A stretch of 64,000 nucleotides of DNA from a virus: positions 1-64,000 of the IMG/VR virus record IMGVR_UViG_3300033146_005950; one strand, given 5' to 3'. The notes below the pieces were generated by a model. The model was not told the DNA's origin and searched no databases. It saw nothing but the letters and a program-made list of their open reading frames with translations. Within the stretch, counting starts at the first letter, position 1. Each line of letters begins with the position of its first letter. Position numbers and translations under genes: made by a program. Of this stretch, positions 1-8,609 are shown in pieces.

Positions 1-82
1 TATTGCACCCCGGAAATTTACAAGTCTTTTCTTTTGTAACCATATAGCCGTTACCACGCTTTGCTAATTGAATTCCGCCCAT
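1..82 (-). CDS. hypothetical protein, 5' part only (runs off window)
   Basis: ATG at 80-82 with AGGAGG SD; reads MGGIQLAKRGNGYMVTKEKTCKFPGCN... Confidence 0.55.
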   Translation of the reverse strand, partial: MGGIQLAKRGNGYMVTKEKTCKFPGCN

Positions 83-212
83 TCTTCCTCCTAAAAAAAT
101 ATTTTATTTATAATAACTAATTTATAGTTCGTTTATTTACTATACTCAATTCAAAATCAAGAACTTTCTCACAAAGAGACTGTTGAACATCATCCACAAA
201 AAGGCAAAGTTT

Positions 213-560
213 TTATTTTATTTTTGATAATTCAATATAGTTTGTATGTAACGTAGCTGAGTACTCAGGATAATACTTAAGTAATATATCAGAAAATAAC
301 TCAATACTACTATTCAAATTTTTATTAGTAGTAGTGTCCTTTTCAATAAGTAATTCTAAATTAATAACTAATTTATCACGAAGAATAGCGTCTTCAATCA
401 ACTGTAAAATTAATAAAGTAGTCTTTCCTACACCCCGGAATTTGCATAATTTCATTAGCTGATATTCATTTAATTTGAACCCTCTAGCACTGACACTATT
501 TACAAAATTTATTAAAGAATCATCATTACTTCTTAGTATTAGCTTTTCATAATCAAACAT
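213..560 (-). CDS. hypothetical protein with P-loop-like GVGKTT motif
   Basis: ORF track; start moved to MFDYEK (ATG 558-560), which has an AGGAG SD. Confidence 0.6.
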   Translation of the reverse strand: MFDYEKLILRSNDDSLINFVNSVSARGFKLNEYQLMKLCKFRGVGKTTLLILQLIEDAILRDKLVINLELLIEKDTTTNKNLNSSIELFSDILLKYYPEYSATLHTNYIELSKIK

Positions 561-571
561 AAAGTCTCCTA

Positions 572-610
572 TCAAAATAATTTTTTAAGTAACTTGTAAT
601 TTATTTTCAT
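572..610 (-). pseudogene. 12-codon truncated paralogue of the YD-like repeat genes (MKINYKLLKKLF*)
   Basis: First 11 aa identical to those of 876..1436; has its own AAGGAG SD. Confidence 0.6.
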
Positions 611-622
611 TTCTATTCTCCT

Positions 623-883
623 TTAATTATGTACATAAAACTCATCAATCTTAACATTATTTTTGTACACTACCAAACTATTTACTAATATAAATTTATT
701 ACATATTATATCACCATTAATATCATATCCGGTGGGTTGATATTTTACAGCATCCATATTTTTTTCTTCACACTTCCAAATTCCTTGAAACGGAATGTTT
801 CTCCATTTACCACCGTATTTATCTTCAAGCTGCTTCGTTATTGGTTTTCTTCTGGCAACTTGTATTCTTTTCATACTACCCAC
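623..883 (-). CDS. hypothetical protein
   Basis: ORF in early cassette. Confidence 0.6.
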   Translation of the reverse strand: MGSMKRIQVARRKPITKQLEDKYGGKWRNIPFQGIWKCEEKNMDAVKYQPTGYDINGDIICNKFILVNSLVVYKNNVKIDEFYVHN

Positions 884-1436
884 TCACTTCAAATTCTACT
901 GTAAAATTATATTTGGGAACTCCGTCTGAAGTTTCAACTTTTATAAGATTAGCATTTTCATCATAAGTATTTTCTTCCCAATAACCATTAGAATTTTCAA
1001 GACGATTTATTAAACCTTTTTCATTATAAATAGTTTCTTCCCAAAAATCATCAGAATTTTCATAACGAATTAAAAGACCTTTTTCGTTATATTTACGTAT
1101 CTCCCAAAAATCATTTGAGTTGTAAGTTTTTTCATACCAAAAATCATTAGAGTCCTCATAACGAATTACTAAACCATCTTCATTGTAAGTTTTTTCATAC
1201 CAAAAATCATCAGACTTTTCATATCTAACTATACAGTTTTTAGGTTTAATCTTTCCAACAAACCATTTTACATCTTCTGAATCATATGAATCATCTGAAT
1301 CATCTGAATCATCGCCCTTAAAAATTATTTTTGAAACATCATTAGGTACTTTAATTTCTCCAAAAGTATTGATAAACTTATTAATAGTATTTTTATCAGC
1401 ATCTAATTTTTTAAGTAACTTGTAATTTATTTTCAT
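876..1436 (-). CDS. YD/RHS-like 22-aa repeat protein (short paralogue)
   Basis: Repeats of YNEKGLLIRYExSxxxWxExT; N- and C-caps shared with the next gene. Confidence 0.75.
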   Translation of the reverse strand: MKINYKLLKKLDADKNTINKFINTFGEIKVPNDVSKIIFKGDDSDDSDDSYDSEDVKWFVGKIKPKNCIVRYEKSDDFWYEKTYNEDGLVIRYEDSNDFWYEKTYNSNDFWEIRKYNEKGLLIRYENSDDFWEETIYNEKGLINRLENSNGYWEENTYDENANLIKVETSDGVPKYNFTVEFEVSG

Positions 1437-2380
1437 TTTGATAACTCCCTTTCAAATTCTACTGTAAAATCATATTTTGGAACTCCATCTGAAGTTTCAA
1501 CTTTTATAAGATTACCTTTTTCATCATAAGTGTTTTCATTCCAATAACCATTTGAATTTTCAACTTTTATAAGATTAGCATTTTCATCATAAGTGTTTTC
1601 TTTCCAATAATTATTAGAGTTTTTGTGACGAATTAATAAACCATCTTCATTATAAGTTTTTTCGTACCAATAATTATCAGAGTCCTCATAACGAATTAAT
1701 AAACCTTTTTCGTTATAAGTATATTCTGCCCAATAACCATTTGAAGTTTCAACTTTTATAAGATTACCTTTTTCATCATAAGTGTTTTCTTTCCAATAAC
1801 CATACGATTTTACAAAACGAGTTAATAAACCATTTTCATCATAAGCATATTTTTTCCAAAAACCATCAGAGCCCTCATAACGAATTAATAATCCTTTTTC
1901 GTTATAAACATTTTCATACCAATACTCATTTGAATTTTCAAAACGAATTAATAAACCATTTTCATCATAAGCATATTTTTTCCAATAATCATTAGAGTTT
2001 TTGTGATTAATTAATAAACCGTCTTCATTATAAGTTTTTTCGTACCAAAAACCATTAGAGTCCTCAAAACGAATTAATAAACCTTTTTCATTATAAGTTT
2101 TATCTTCCCAATAATTATCAGAATCTTCATACCGAATTAATAAACCTTTTTCATTATAAGTATTTTCACGCCAATAATTATTATAATCTTCATACCTAAC
2201 TATACAATTTTTAGGTTTAATTTTTCCAAAAATCCATTCTGCATCATCTAAATCGCGGCCCTTAAAAATTATTTTTGAAACATTATTAGGAATTTCAATT
2301 TCTCCAAAAGTATTGACAAACTTATGTATTATACCTTCATCGGTATCTAATTTTTTAAGTAACTTGTAATTTATTTCCAT
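1433..2380 (-). CDS. YD/RHS-like 22-aa repeat protein (long paralogue, about 11 repeats)
   Basis: 66-bp tandem repeats; start moved to MEINYK (ATG 2378-2380) after SD AAAGGGG. Confidence 0.75.
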   Translation of the reverse strand: MEINYKLLKKLDTDEGIIHKFVNTFGEIEIPNNVSKIIFKGRDLDDAEWIFGKIKPKNCIVRYEDYNNYWRENTYNEKGLLIRYEDSDNYWEDKTYNEKGLLIRFEDSNGFWYEKTYNEDGLLINHKNSNDYWKKYAYDENGLLIRFENSNEYWYENVYNEKGLLIRYEGSDGFWKKYAYDENGLLTRFVKSYGYWKENTYDEKGNLIKVETSNGYWAEYTYNEKGLLIRYEDSDNYWYEKTYNEDGLLIRHKNSNNYWKENTYDENANLIKVENSNGYWNENTYDEKGNLIKVETSDGVPKYDFTVEFERELSK

Positions 2381-2557
2381 TTTGATAACCCCTTTGTTTT
2401 GTTGTTTTGTTATATTAATAATATACAACAAATATTGAGTTAAATATGCTTTTTTATAAAGAAAAAGTGTAACTTATTAAAAATCAATAAGTTACAAAAT
2501 GAAATTTTTTGTTTTATTTTTGTGTTTTTTATATCTTATTAAAAATCAATAAGTTAC
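2381..2557 (-). promoter_or_regulatory. repeated early-promoter module, copy 1
   Basis: Near-identical to 23469-23650 and 43587-43772; contains SD, TATATT -10-like box, palindrome TGTAACTTATT-N7-AATAAGTTACA and two WATCAANNNNTTR sites. Confidence 0.75.
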
Positions 2558-3126
2558 AAACGAATATTAGTTAAATCTGCAAATTTAGGTAGTTTTATCA
2601 TATTTTCACAGAAATAATGCCACTCTAATAATTTGTGATTTTTTCTTTGCTGTAATGCTGTTTTTAATTGTAAATAATTAGTGGAGATTCTCATTCCTAA
2701 TTCAAAACCCATTGGAGTATTTGCGATAATTTGTTGAAATAATAATTTTTTGTTAGTTTTGTCATTTTCTGAATTATATTGCTTAATTAATTTTTCAACA
2801 ATTTCAATAATTTCAGGCAATACAAAATTATTACATTGTTTTGTAATATCCATATTTAAAATTTTATGCATTTTTGATTGGCTGCTGACAATATCAAAAT
2901 ATGAATATCTCATAAATTGAATTAAAAAGTAATGAGGCGCAACCAAATCAAATGAAACTCTAATTCCCTTTAAAAAATTGTCGTGTCCGCTGCCAGATTT
3001 AACCGAGCCTAGTTTTTTGCCTCTTTCAATACTTGCTTTTGTTTCGTCCATTTCAATTGACATAGGATAACCGCTTGCGGTTAACGATTCTTCTAAATCA
3101 TAAACTTTTATATTTTTAATTTCCAA
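2554..3126 (-). CDS. ThyX-like (flavin-dependent thymidylate synthase-like) protein
   Basis: GSGHDNFL..I.VSFDL.AP..F..QF.RY...SSQSKMH and QRKNHKL.EW..FC motifs; directly downstream of RNR. Confidence 0.5.
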   Translation of the reverse strand: MEIKNIKVYDLEESLTASGYPMSIEMDETKASIERGKKLGSVKSGSGHDNFLKGIRVSFDLVAPHYFLIQFMRYSYFDIVSSQSKMHKILNMDITKQCNNFVLPEIIEIVEKLIKQYNSENDKTNKKLLFQQIIANTPMGFELGMRISTNYLQLKTALQQRKNHKLLEWHYFCENMIKLPKFADLTNIRL

Positions 3127-3167
3127 TTTTTTATCATCCTTTTTATAATTTCATAAAATAGATCTGC

Positions 3168-3186
3168 GGGGGCTAAAATAACCCCC
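3168..3186 (-). terminator. hairpin downstream of RNR C-fragment
   Basis: GGGGG-N9-CCCCC. Confidence 0.4.
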
Positions 3187-3195
3187 ATTCTATTT

Positions 3196-4341
3196 TTAAC
3201 TACATTTACTATACCCACAACTCTTACAGCTTATACAGCCAGATTCATAAACCATTCTGTCACCGCAATCTGGGCATTTTTCAGTACTCTCTGCGTGTTC
3301 TTTAATATATTTTTTAAGAGTTCTTGCAATACTTTTATGAAATGCTGTTAAATAATTTCCCTTTAATAATTGTTCTACAATAAATTGAAGCGGAACAAAG
3401 TGTCTCATATTTAAACTAATCTGACGGCTTAATGCTTCAACTTCAGGAATAGAATGTGAACCGCCAACACGGTATTCATTATTGCCTGCAATTAAAATAT
3501 ATTCGCCTTTGTTCTTTTTCTTTAATTTACCAAATTTAACTGATTTTGGTATAAAAATATCTCCTTCAGAATTATAGTTCTCACCAGTAAAAACCTCATA
3601 AGGTTCATTATCAACCAAACCAATTATAACATAATATTGTTTTTTATTGACAGAAGTGATATTTACTTCACAATCAATTTTAACAGGTCTTTTTGGCGCA
3701 GCTCTATTTGCAGTTTCATTTTTTTCGCTTTCTTTATTTTCAGTTGTTAAAATACCGTCTCTTGAGCCGTCTCGATAAACAGTTACTCCAATGATACCTT
3801 GTTTATATGCTTCAATATAAACATCTGAAACTTTTTCTTTTGAAATATCTTTAGGTAGATTAATTGTTTTTGAAATTGAAAGACTTGTGTTTTTTGCCGC
3901 TCTGCCAAGCGCATTTAAATGTTCCATTGGTGTTAAATCAGTTGCAGTAATAAAAATAGATTTGTCTTCTTTTGTTAAAATTTTACATTTTTGACAAGAG
4001 CCTCCATTTTTTGAAACACTTTCTAATATTTCAGTTTTATTATTTGGGTAATGTTTATTTATATAATCTTCGAATACGCTATCTGTAATATAAACGACTT
4101 CATATTCACTGTTTGTTTTTTCGATTTTACGACTATAAGCTAATGCAAATACAGGTTCTATACCAGAACTTGTGTCTGCGATGTAAGAAATTGTATTATG
4201 CGAAACAATGCCATTATCTAATTTATAATGATGAACATCTTCAACTTCAATATCAAAAGTATGCTTAATTGATTTATCAAGTTTAGAAACTTTTGATACT
4301 TTATAATCGTCAAGATTTATTTTTCCTTTAAATTTTTCCAC
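3196..4341 (-). CDS. nrdJ: class II ribonucleotide reductase, C-terminal fragment led by C-intein (aa 1-49)
   Basis: FDIEVEDVHHYKLDNGIVSHN|TISYIA intein blocks F/G; then SSGIEP, SISKTINLP, GVTVYRDGSR, C-terminal CPDCG..CISCKSCGYSKC; GTG start with SD. Confidence 0.9.
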   Translation of the reverse strand: MEKFKGKINLDDYKVSKVSKLDKSIKHTFDIEVEDVHHYKLDNGIVSHNTISYIADTSSGIEPVFALAYSRKIEKTNSEYEVVYITDSVFEDYINKHYPNNKTEILESVSKNGGSCQKCKILTKEDKSIFITATDLTPMEHLNALGRAAKNTSLSISKTINLPKDISKEKVSDVYIEAYKQGIIGVTVYRDGSRDGILTTENKESEKNETANRAAPKRPVKIDCEVNITSVNKKQYYVIIGLVDNEPYEVFTGENYNSEGDIFIPKSVKFGKLKKKNKGEYILIAGNNEYRVGGSHSIPEVEALSRQISLNMRHFVPLQFIVEQLLKGNYLTAFHKSIARTLKKYIKEHAESTEKCPDCGDRMVYESGCISCKSCGYSKCS

Positions 4342-4420
4342 TATATATCCCCTTTATTTTATTAATTTTATTGTTTCGCCAAATAATCTTTAGATCACAA
4401 TTTAATTTCTTTTTCATCAT
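4328..4420 (-). pseudogene. 30-codon mini-ORF, possible relic of a deleted homing endonuclease
   Basis: MMKKKLNCDLKIIWRNNKINKIKGIYSGKI*; starts 1 nt after the N-fragment stop and overlaps the C-fragment start. Confidence 0.35.
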
Positions 4421-4421
4421 A

Positions 4422-6035
4422 CTACTTTTCAATAAGTATTTCGTCGCCAATTTTGATTTCATCTAACCGTTTCCAATATAGTTCTCCATCAACCTTAACA
4501 ATTATTTTATGATTTTCAGTTGCATTAATTCCCTGGCCATCTTCAGTCTGCAATTTGATAATCGGTTTTAAACCGTTTGCATATAATTTTAATATTCTGT
4601 GCAAACCATCTGTTGTCTCAACATTTGTCTCAACAATAGGTTCAAACCAAGTATCTTCATTAATTTTATTTAAATCATCAATTCCATTTAATTTGAAAAT
4701 ATCTTCAATACTCAAAACACCCCTATCAGTTTTAATATTTGTAGATTTTACAACGCATCCTGTAGGAGCTAAACTTGTTGAAGATGAATTCCTTATCCCA
4801 TATTTTTTAATTAAAGGAACTAAAGTATTTTTATAATATGAATTTTCATTAAATCTTTTATTTGCAAGTAAAAATGTTTTTTCATCATAAGAGGGATAAG
4901 GGCCTTCTTTTATTGCTAAATCAATTGAAGTCTTCATTGAAATTAAAGTTAAGTTTGTAGTAATATCTTCAATAAACTTTAACCCTTCTTCAGAATTATA
5001 AGGAATTCCTAATTTGAACAAAGCGTGAGCAAGACCCATATATCCTAAGCCGATTGGTCTTGTATTTTTTGTAGTTTCATCAATTATTTCAAGTGGAAAA
5101 TTATTTATATCTATTATTGAATTTAAAAATTTAGTTGCGGTCTCAACTGCTTCTGCGAATTTTCCATATTCAAATTTAGAGTTCTTTACAAACTTACTTA
5201 AATCAATTGAACCTAAATTACAAGACGCGTAAGGAATGTTTGTAAATTCTGAGCAAGGATTACTAAGCACTGTTTTATTTACATTAGTAACTGTGCATTG
5301 TCTTGTTGCAATATCAGAATTAAAAATACCAGGTTCAGCCGAAAACCAAGCTGACTCAATTATAGTGTCCCAAAGTTTTTTATATGTATAAGTTTTACCA
5401 TTTTCATCAATTAAAACGTTTTCTTTTCCATCAACAACATTTATAGTTTTAAATATTTTATCAGGAGTTTTCTCTAAAGTCTGATAAAATTTATCAGGAA
5501 CTCTTACAGAAAAATTTAATCGATTAAATTTATTAATATCTTTTTTAGCATTTATAAATTTTAATATATCAGGATGGTAAATATTTAACATTGCCATACC
5601 GGCGCCTCTTCTTGCACCGCCCTGTTGAACTCCATCTAAAACGGAATTTATAATGCCAATAAAACTAAGCGGCCCGCCTGACGATTTACCATTACTTTTT
5701 ACTAATTCAGAGGAAGCTCTAATATCGTCCCAACTATAACCAACTCCGCCTGCCATTTTTGTTACGATCGCTGCTTCTTTAGCTGAGTTCATTATATTAT
5801 CAATTGAATCTTTAATATCCATTGTGAAACAACTGCTTAAAGTACCTATTCGCTCACCATTTGTATTTGCGTTCATTAAAGTTGGTGAAGAAGGAATAAA
5901 TTTCTTTTCCTTAATTAAGTCTTTTATTTCAGGATAAATTTTAGAAACTCTTTCAACAATATCTTCCCATTTAGTTTCGTTCTTTAAAAAATATCGTTCC
6001 TTAAGTAATTTATTAATTTGTTTCTTTGTTGGCAT
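4422..6035 (-). CDS. nrdJ: class II ribonucleotide reductase, N-terminal fragment ending in N-intein (last 111 aa, 4425-4757)
   Basis: FIPSSPTLMNA, LSSCF, QQGGARRGA, NPCSE, CNLGSIDL, SLAPTG|CVV..; block B ATENHK; start moved to MPTKK with GAGGAG SD. Confidence 0.9.
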   Translation of the reverse strand: MPTKKQINKLLKERYFLKNETKWEDIVERVSKIYPEIKDLIKEKKFIPSSPTLMNANTNGERIGTLSSCFTMDIKDSIDNIMNSAKEAAIVTKMAGGVGYSWDDIRASSELVKSNGKSSGGPLSFIGIINSVLDGVQQGGARRGAGMAMLNIYHPDILKFINAKKDINKFNRLNFSVRVPDKFYQTLEKTPDKIFKTINVVDGKENVLIDENGKTYTYKKLWDTIIESAWFSAEPGIFNSDIATRQCTVTNVNKTVLSNPCSEFTNIPYASCNLGSIDLSKFVKNSKFEYGKFAEAVETATKFLNSIIDINNFPLEIIDETTKNTRPIGLGYMGLAHALFKLGIPYNSEEGLKFIEDITTNLTLISMKTSIDLAIKEGPYPSYDEKTFLLANKRFNENSYYKNTLVPLIKKYGIRNSSSTSLAPTGCVVKSTNIKTDRGVLSIEDIFKLNGIDDLNKINEDTWFEPIVETNVETTDGLHRILKLYANGLKPIIKLQTEDGQGINATENHKIIVKVDGELYWKRLDEIKIGDEILIEK

Positions 6036-6183
6036 TTTTGTTATTCTCCTCTTCTTCAACTAAATCTTCAAAAATAGTTGTTTTTATATCAGTTTTATAA
6101 TCTCCAGTAAAATTTGGGAAAAACTCAAACAGCATACCCATATCATTTAGTTTTTTGTACTGTTCTTCTGTCATTTTTATCAT
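6013..6183 (-). CDS. small hypothetical protein (56 aa)
   Basis: MIKMTEEQYKKLNDMGMLFEFFP...; AAGGTG SD; below the ORF-track cutoff. Confidence 0.5.
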   Translation of the reverse strand: MIKMTEEQYKKLNDMGMLFEFFPNFTGDYKTDIKTTIFEDLVEEEENNKNANKETN

Positions 6184-6228
6184 AAGTCAGCACCTTAGTA
6201 AAAATTATTATTTTGATTTATTTTTTTA

Positions 6229-6456
6229 TTATACAGTCTCATTTTTCATTCCAATATAAATTAAAAGCAATGCGCTAAAAATAAATGTAAATACTCCAAA
6301 AAGAGCATAAGAAATAAGTGCTCTTGTTGAACCAAATTCTATATATTTTAACTCTTCTGCATCATATCTGATTAGCATCACTAATGCAACTGACGACCCA
6401 GATAATAAACCAATCATAAGCCACAAAAATATTACTGCCGTTACTTCTAATAACAT
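6229..6456 (-). CDS. small membrane protein
   Basis: Two hydrophobic segments. Confidence 0.55.
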   Translation of the reverse strand: MLLEVTAVIFLWLMIGLLSGSSVALVMLIRYDAEELKYIEFGSTRALISYALFGVFTFIFSALLLIYIGMKNETV

Positions 6457-6539
6457 TTTATAATTTACATTTCATATTAAATTGGAGTGCAACACCATTT
6501 TTAAAAAATGTAACACCCCAAAAAAAAATTATTTTCAAA

Positions 6540-6695
6540 TTACTTCCCGCGTCTTGCAGGTCTTCCTGCGGGCTTTCCCAAACCGGGTGCGCGCCCTAAT
6601 CCCGGCGCTCTTCTATTACCTGGTCCGGCATTACCGCCGTTTCTTCCGGTTTTTGGGTCTTGCCCCCTTGACCCTGTTTTATCTCCCCTTGGCAT
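6540..6695 (-). CDS. small Gly/Arg-rich basic protein (DUF5320-like)
   Basis: MPRGDKTGSRGQDPKTGR resembles the MPRGDGTGPxGxGPxTGR start of DUF5320; GGAGGTG SD; locally high GC. Confidence 0.6.
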   Translation of the reverse strand: MPRGDKTGSRGQDPKTGRNGGNAGPGNRRAPGLGRAPGLGKPAGRPARRGK

Positions 6696-6737
6696 ATTTC
6701 TCACCTCCTTTCTTTTGTTTTTTATATACAAATTATT

Positions 6738-7673
6738 TTAAAGCAAACTTATTAATTCCATTATACAAGCAGCTAAATTTATTTCAGCATCAATCACGAC
6801 AGAGTGTCTTTGCATATAATCTGCGATCGTAATTAATGAATTTGCATAAGCAGATTTTGGAATTATTGGCAAATAGTTATCATACAATAATCTATAAACA
6901 TCATCAATATTTACTCCATTTTCAATAATATATTTTCTTGCTGCATTAAAATTTTTGTTTAATATTAATTGATAAAAAGAGTCGTCTAATTTTGAATAAT
7001 TTAATATTCCTTTATTTATAATGCCTGCGTTTTGATTTGCATACATTTGTAGCAAGCCATACATTTTTCTAATATCAGGAATATTTTTGATTACAAAATT
7101 AATAATTGTGTCTTTATCATAATCAACATTTTCAGCTTTTAATATTTGGGTAATTTTCTTTGCGGTGCCCATTATCATTTCTTCTCTAATTTTTTTATTT
7201 GAAAAATTAAAATCAAATAATTGGCTTCTTGATTTAATTGCGTTTAATATTTTAGTCTCTCTATTTGCTGTAAATATAAATCTACAATTATCTGAGTACT
7301 CTTCCATAAAGCTTCTCATTGCGTCCATTAAATCAGGTGTTCCGCCATCAAACTCATCTAAAATTATTATTTTATGTTTGCATTTATAATCAGTAAGAAA
7401 AGATTTTGTTGTTGCAAATTTAGTTAGGGTATCTCTTAATGTTGCAATTCCTCTATCTACAGACGCGTTCACAAATAAATATTCTGCTTTTAATTCATTC
7501 ACTAAAACTTTTGCTAAAGTTGATTTACCAGAGCCTGAATGAGCTGATGTAAATATTAAGTTTGGAATTTGTTCATCTTTAATATAAGACTTGAAAGTGT
7601 CTTTATATTTTTTAGGTAAAATCATTTCATCTAATGATTTTGGTTTATATTCATCTTGCCATATAAAACTCAT
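6738..7673 (-). CDS. gp44: clamp loader large subunit (RFC-like AAA+)
   Basis: W..EYKPKSLDEMILP, GSGKST, IIILDEFD, NCRFIFTAN, IKSR. Confidence 0.92.
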   Translation of the reverse strand: MSFIWQDEYKPKSLDEMILPKKYKDTFKSYIKDEQIPNLIFTSAHSGSGKSTLAKVLVNELKAEYLFVNASVDRGIATLRDTLTKFATTKSFLTDYKCKHKIIILDEFDGGTPDLMDAMRSFMEEYSDNCRFIFTANRETKILNAIKSRSQLFDFNFSNKKIREEMIMGTAKKITQILKAENVDYDKDTIINFVIKNIPDIRKMYGLLQMYANQNAGIINKGILNYSKLDDSFYQLILNKNFNAARKYIIENGVNIDDVYRLLYDNYLPIIPKSAYANSLITIADYMQRHSVVIDAEINLAACIMELISLL

Positions 7674-7741
7674 ATTTAATACTTTCCTTTAAAATATGTT
7701 GTTCGCTGCCGAGACAAATATAGTCCCGACAGCGTTTTTAT

Positions 7742-7787
7742 AAACTAAGCCGTAAAAATACAACTCTTTAGAGTTGTATTAGTTCAC
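7742..7787 (+). mobile_element. 46-bp non-autonomous IS200/IS605-type element (PATE)
   Basis: TTTAT|AAACTAAGCC...ATACAACTC-TTTA-GAGTTGTAT-TAGTTCAC; 45/46 identical to 50303-50348. Confidence 0.75.
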
Positions 7788-7807
7788 TATAGAATTATAA
7801 TTAAAAT

Positions 7808-8527
7808 TTACCCTTTATATCCGGCGAAAAAATCTAAATCATAATCTTCAACATTTGCGCTAAATTGTATTAATCTAATATTTTTAGTTGAAAATTTAAT
7901 TGTGTAATTAGCGTTTGGTAAATCAAGCAATGCACTTACATTTGCCGACTCTGTAAAATCATCAGGAGTTTCTGAAACATTATCAAACTCATACTCCAGT
8001 TTGTCGTTTGATAATTCATTTTTAAATATAAGTTTTATTTTACTATTAAAGGCAACGATTTCAATTCTTGGTCTGCTTGAGTCAGAAGTCATACCCATCA
8101 AACCTGCAAACTTTTTAATTTCAGCAAGCTTATCAGCAGATAATTCAATTTCTCCTTGTACAGCTTCAAGTTTAATATCAGCAGTCACCATATCAACAAT
8201 TTCATAATCACCCATTGTGTAATTAATTTCTACTTCGCCACTTTTAATCTTCGCAATATTTGTATCATCAATTGATATAGTAGGTGTATCTTTGAACACA
8301 TCAATAATATCATAAAATTCTTTAAAATCATTAAAAGCAACATCATAATCGCCCGCATCAAACATTTCTTTATCTGTGATTAGCCTAAAAGACATTCCCG
8401 CATTTTTATGAAATATTAAATTTTTATCGCCTTTGTTTTGAACTGCTATCATATTCGCAATATGACTACAATTTTTTAGTACTTTAAATATTTTTTTATC
8501 ATATTTAATTTCCATCATTTTCTCCAT
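7808..8527 (-). CDS. gp45: DNA polymerase sliding clamp
   Basis: Size; VLKN.S.I and DVAFNDFKEFY motifs; between gp32 and gp44. Confidence 0.75.
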   Translation of the reverse strand: MEKMMEIKYDKKIFKVLKNCSHIANMIAVQNKGDKNLIFHKNAGMSFRLITDKEMFDAGDYDVAFNDFKEFYDIIDVFKDTPTISIDDTNIAKIKSGEVEINYTMGDYEIVDMVTADIKLEAVQGEIELSADKLAEIKKFAGLMGMTSDSSRPRIEIVAFNSKIKLIFKNELSNDKLEYEFDNVSETPDDFTESANVSALLDLPNANYTIKFSTKNIRLIQFSANVEDYDLDFFAGYKG

Positions 8528-8544
8528 TTTTAATTAGTGAGGTA

Positions 8545-8576
8545 CGGTGTCATCACTTTTAATTGCAATGACACCG
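8545..8576 (-). terminator. hairpin after gp32
   Basis: CGGTGTCAT-N14-ATGACACCG. Confidence 0.45.
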
Positions 8577-8609
8577 CTTAAATTTAAAAATTATATTTTT
8601 AATTTTTTA

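Noticed and set aside
2381-2431. N-terminal extensions MLYIINITKQ... (also 43587-43640), plus the extensions at 12887-13018 and 13666-13707
   Set aside because: These are translated promoter or leader sequence; SD-backed starts lie downstream.
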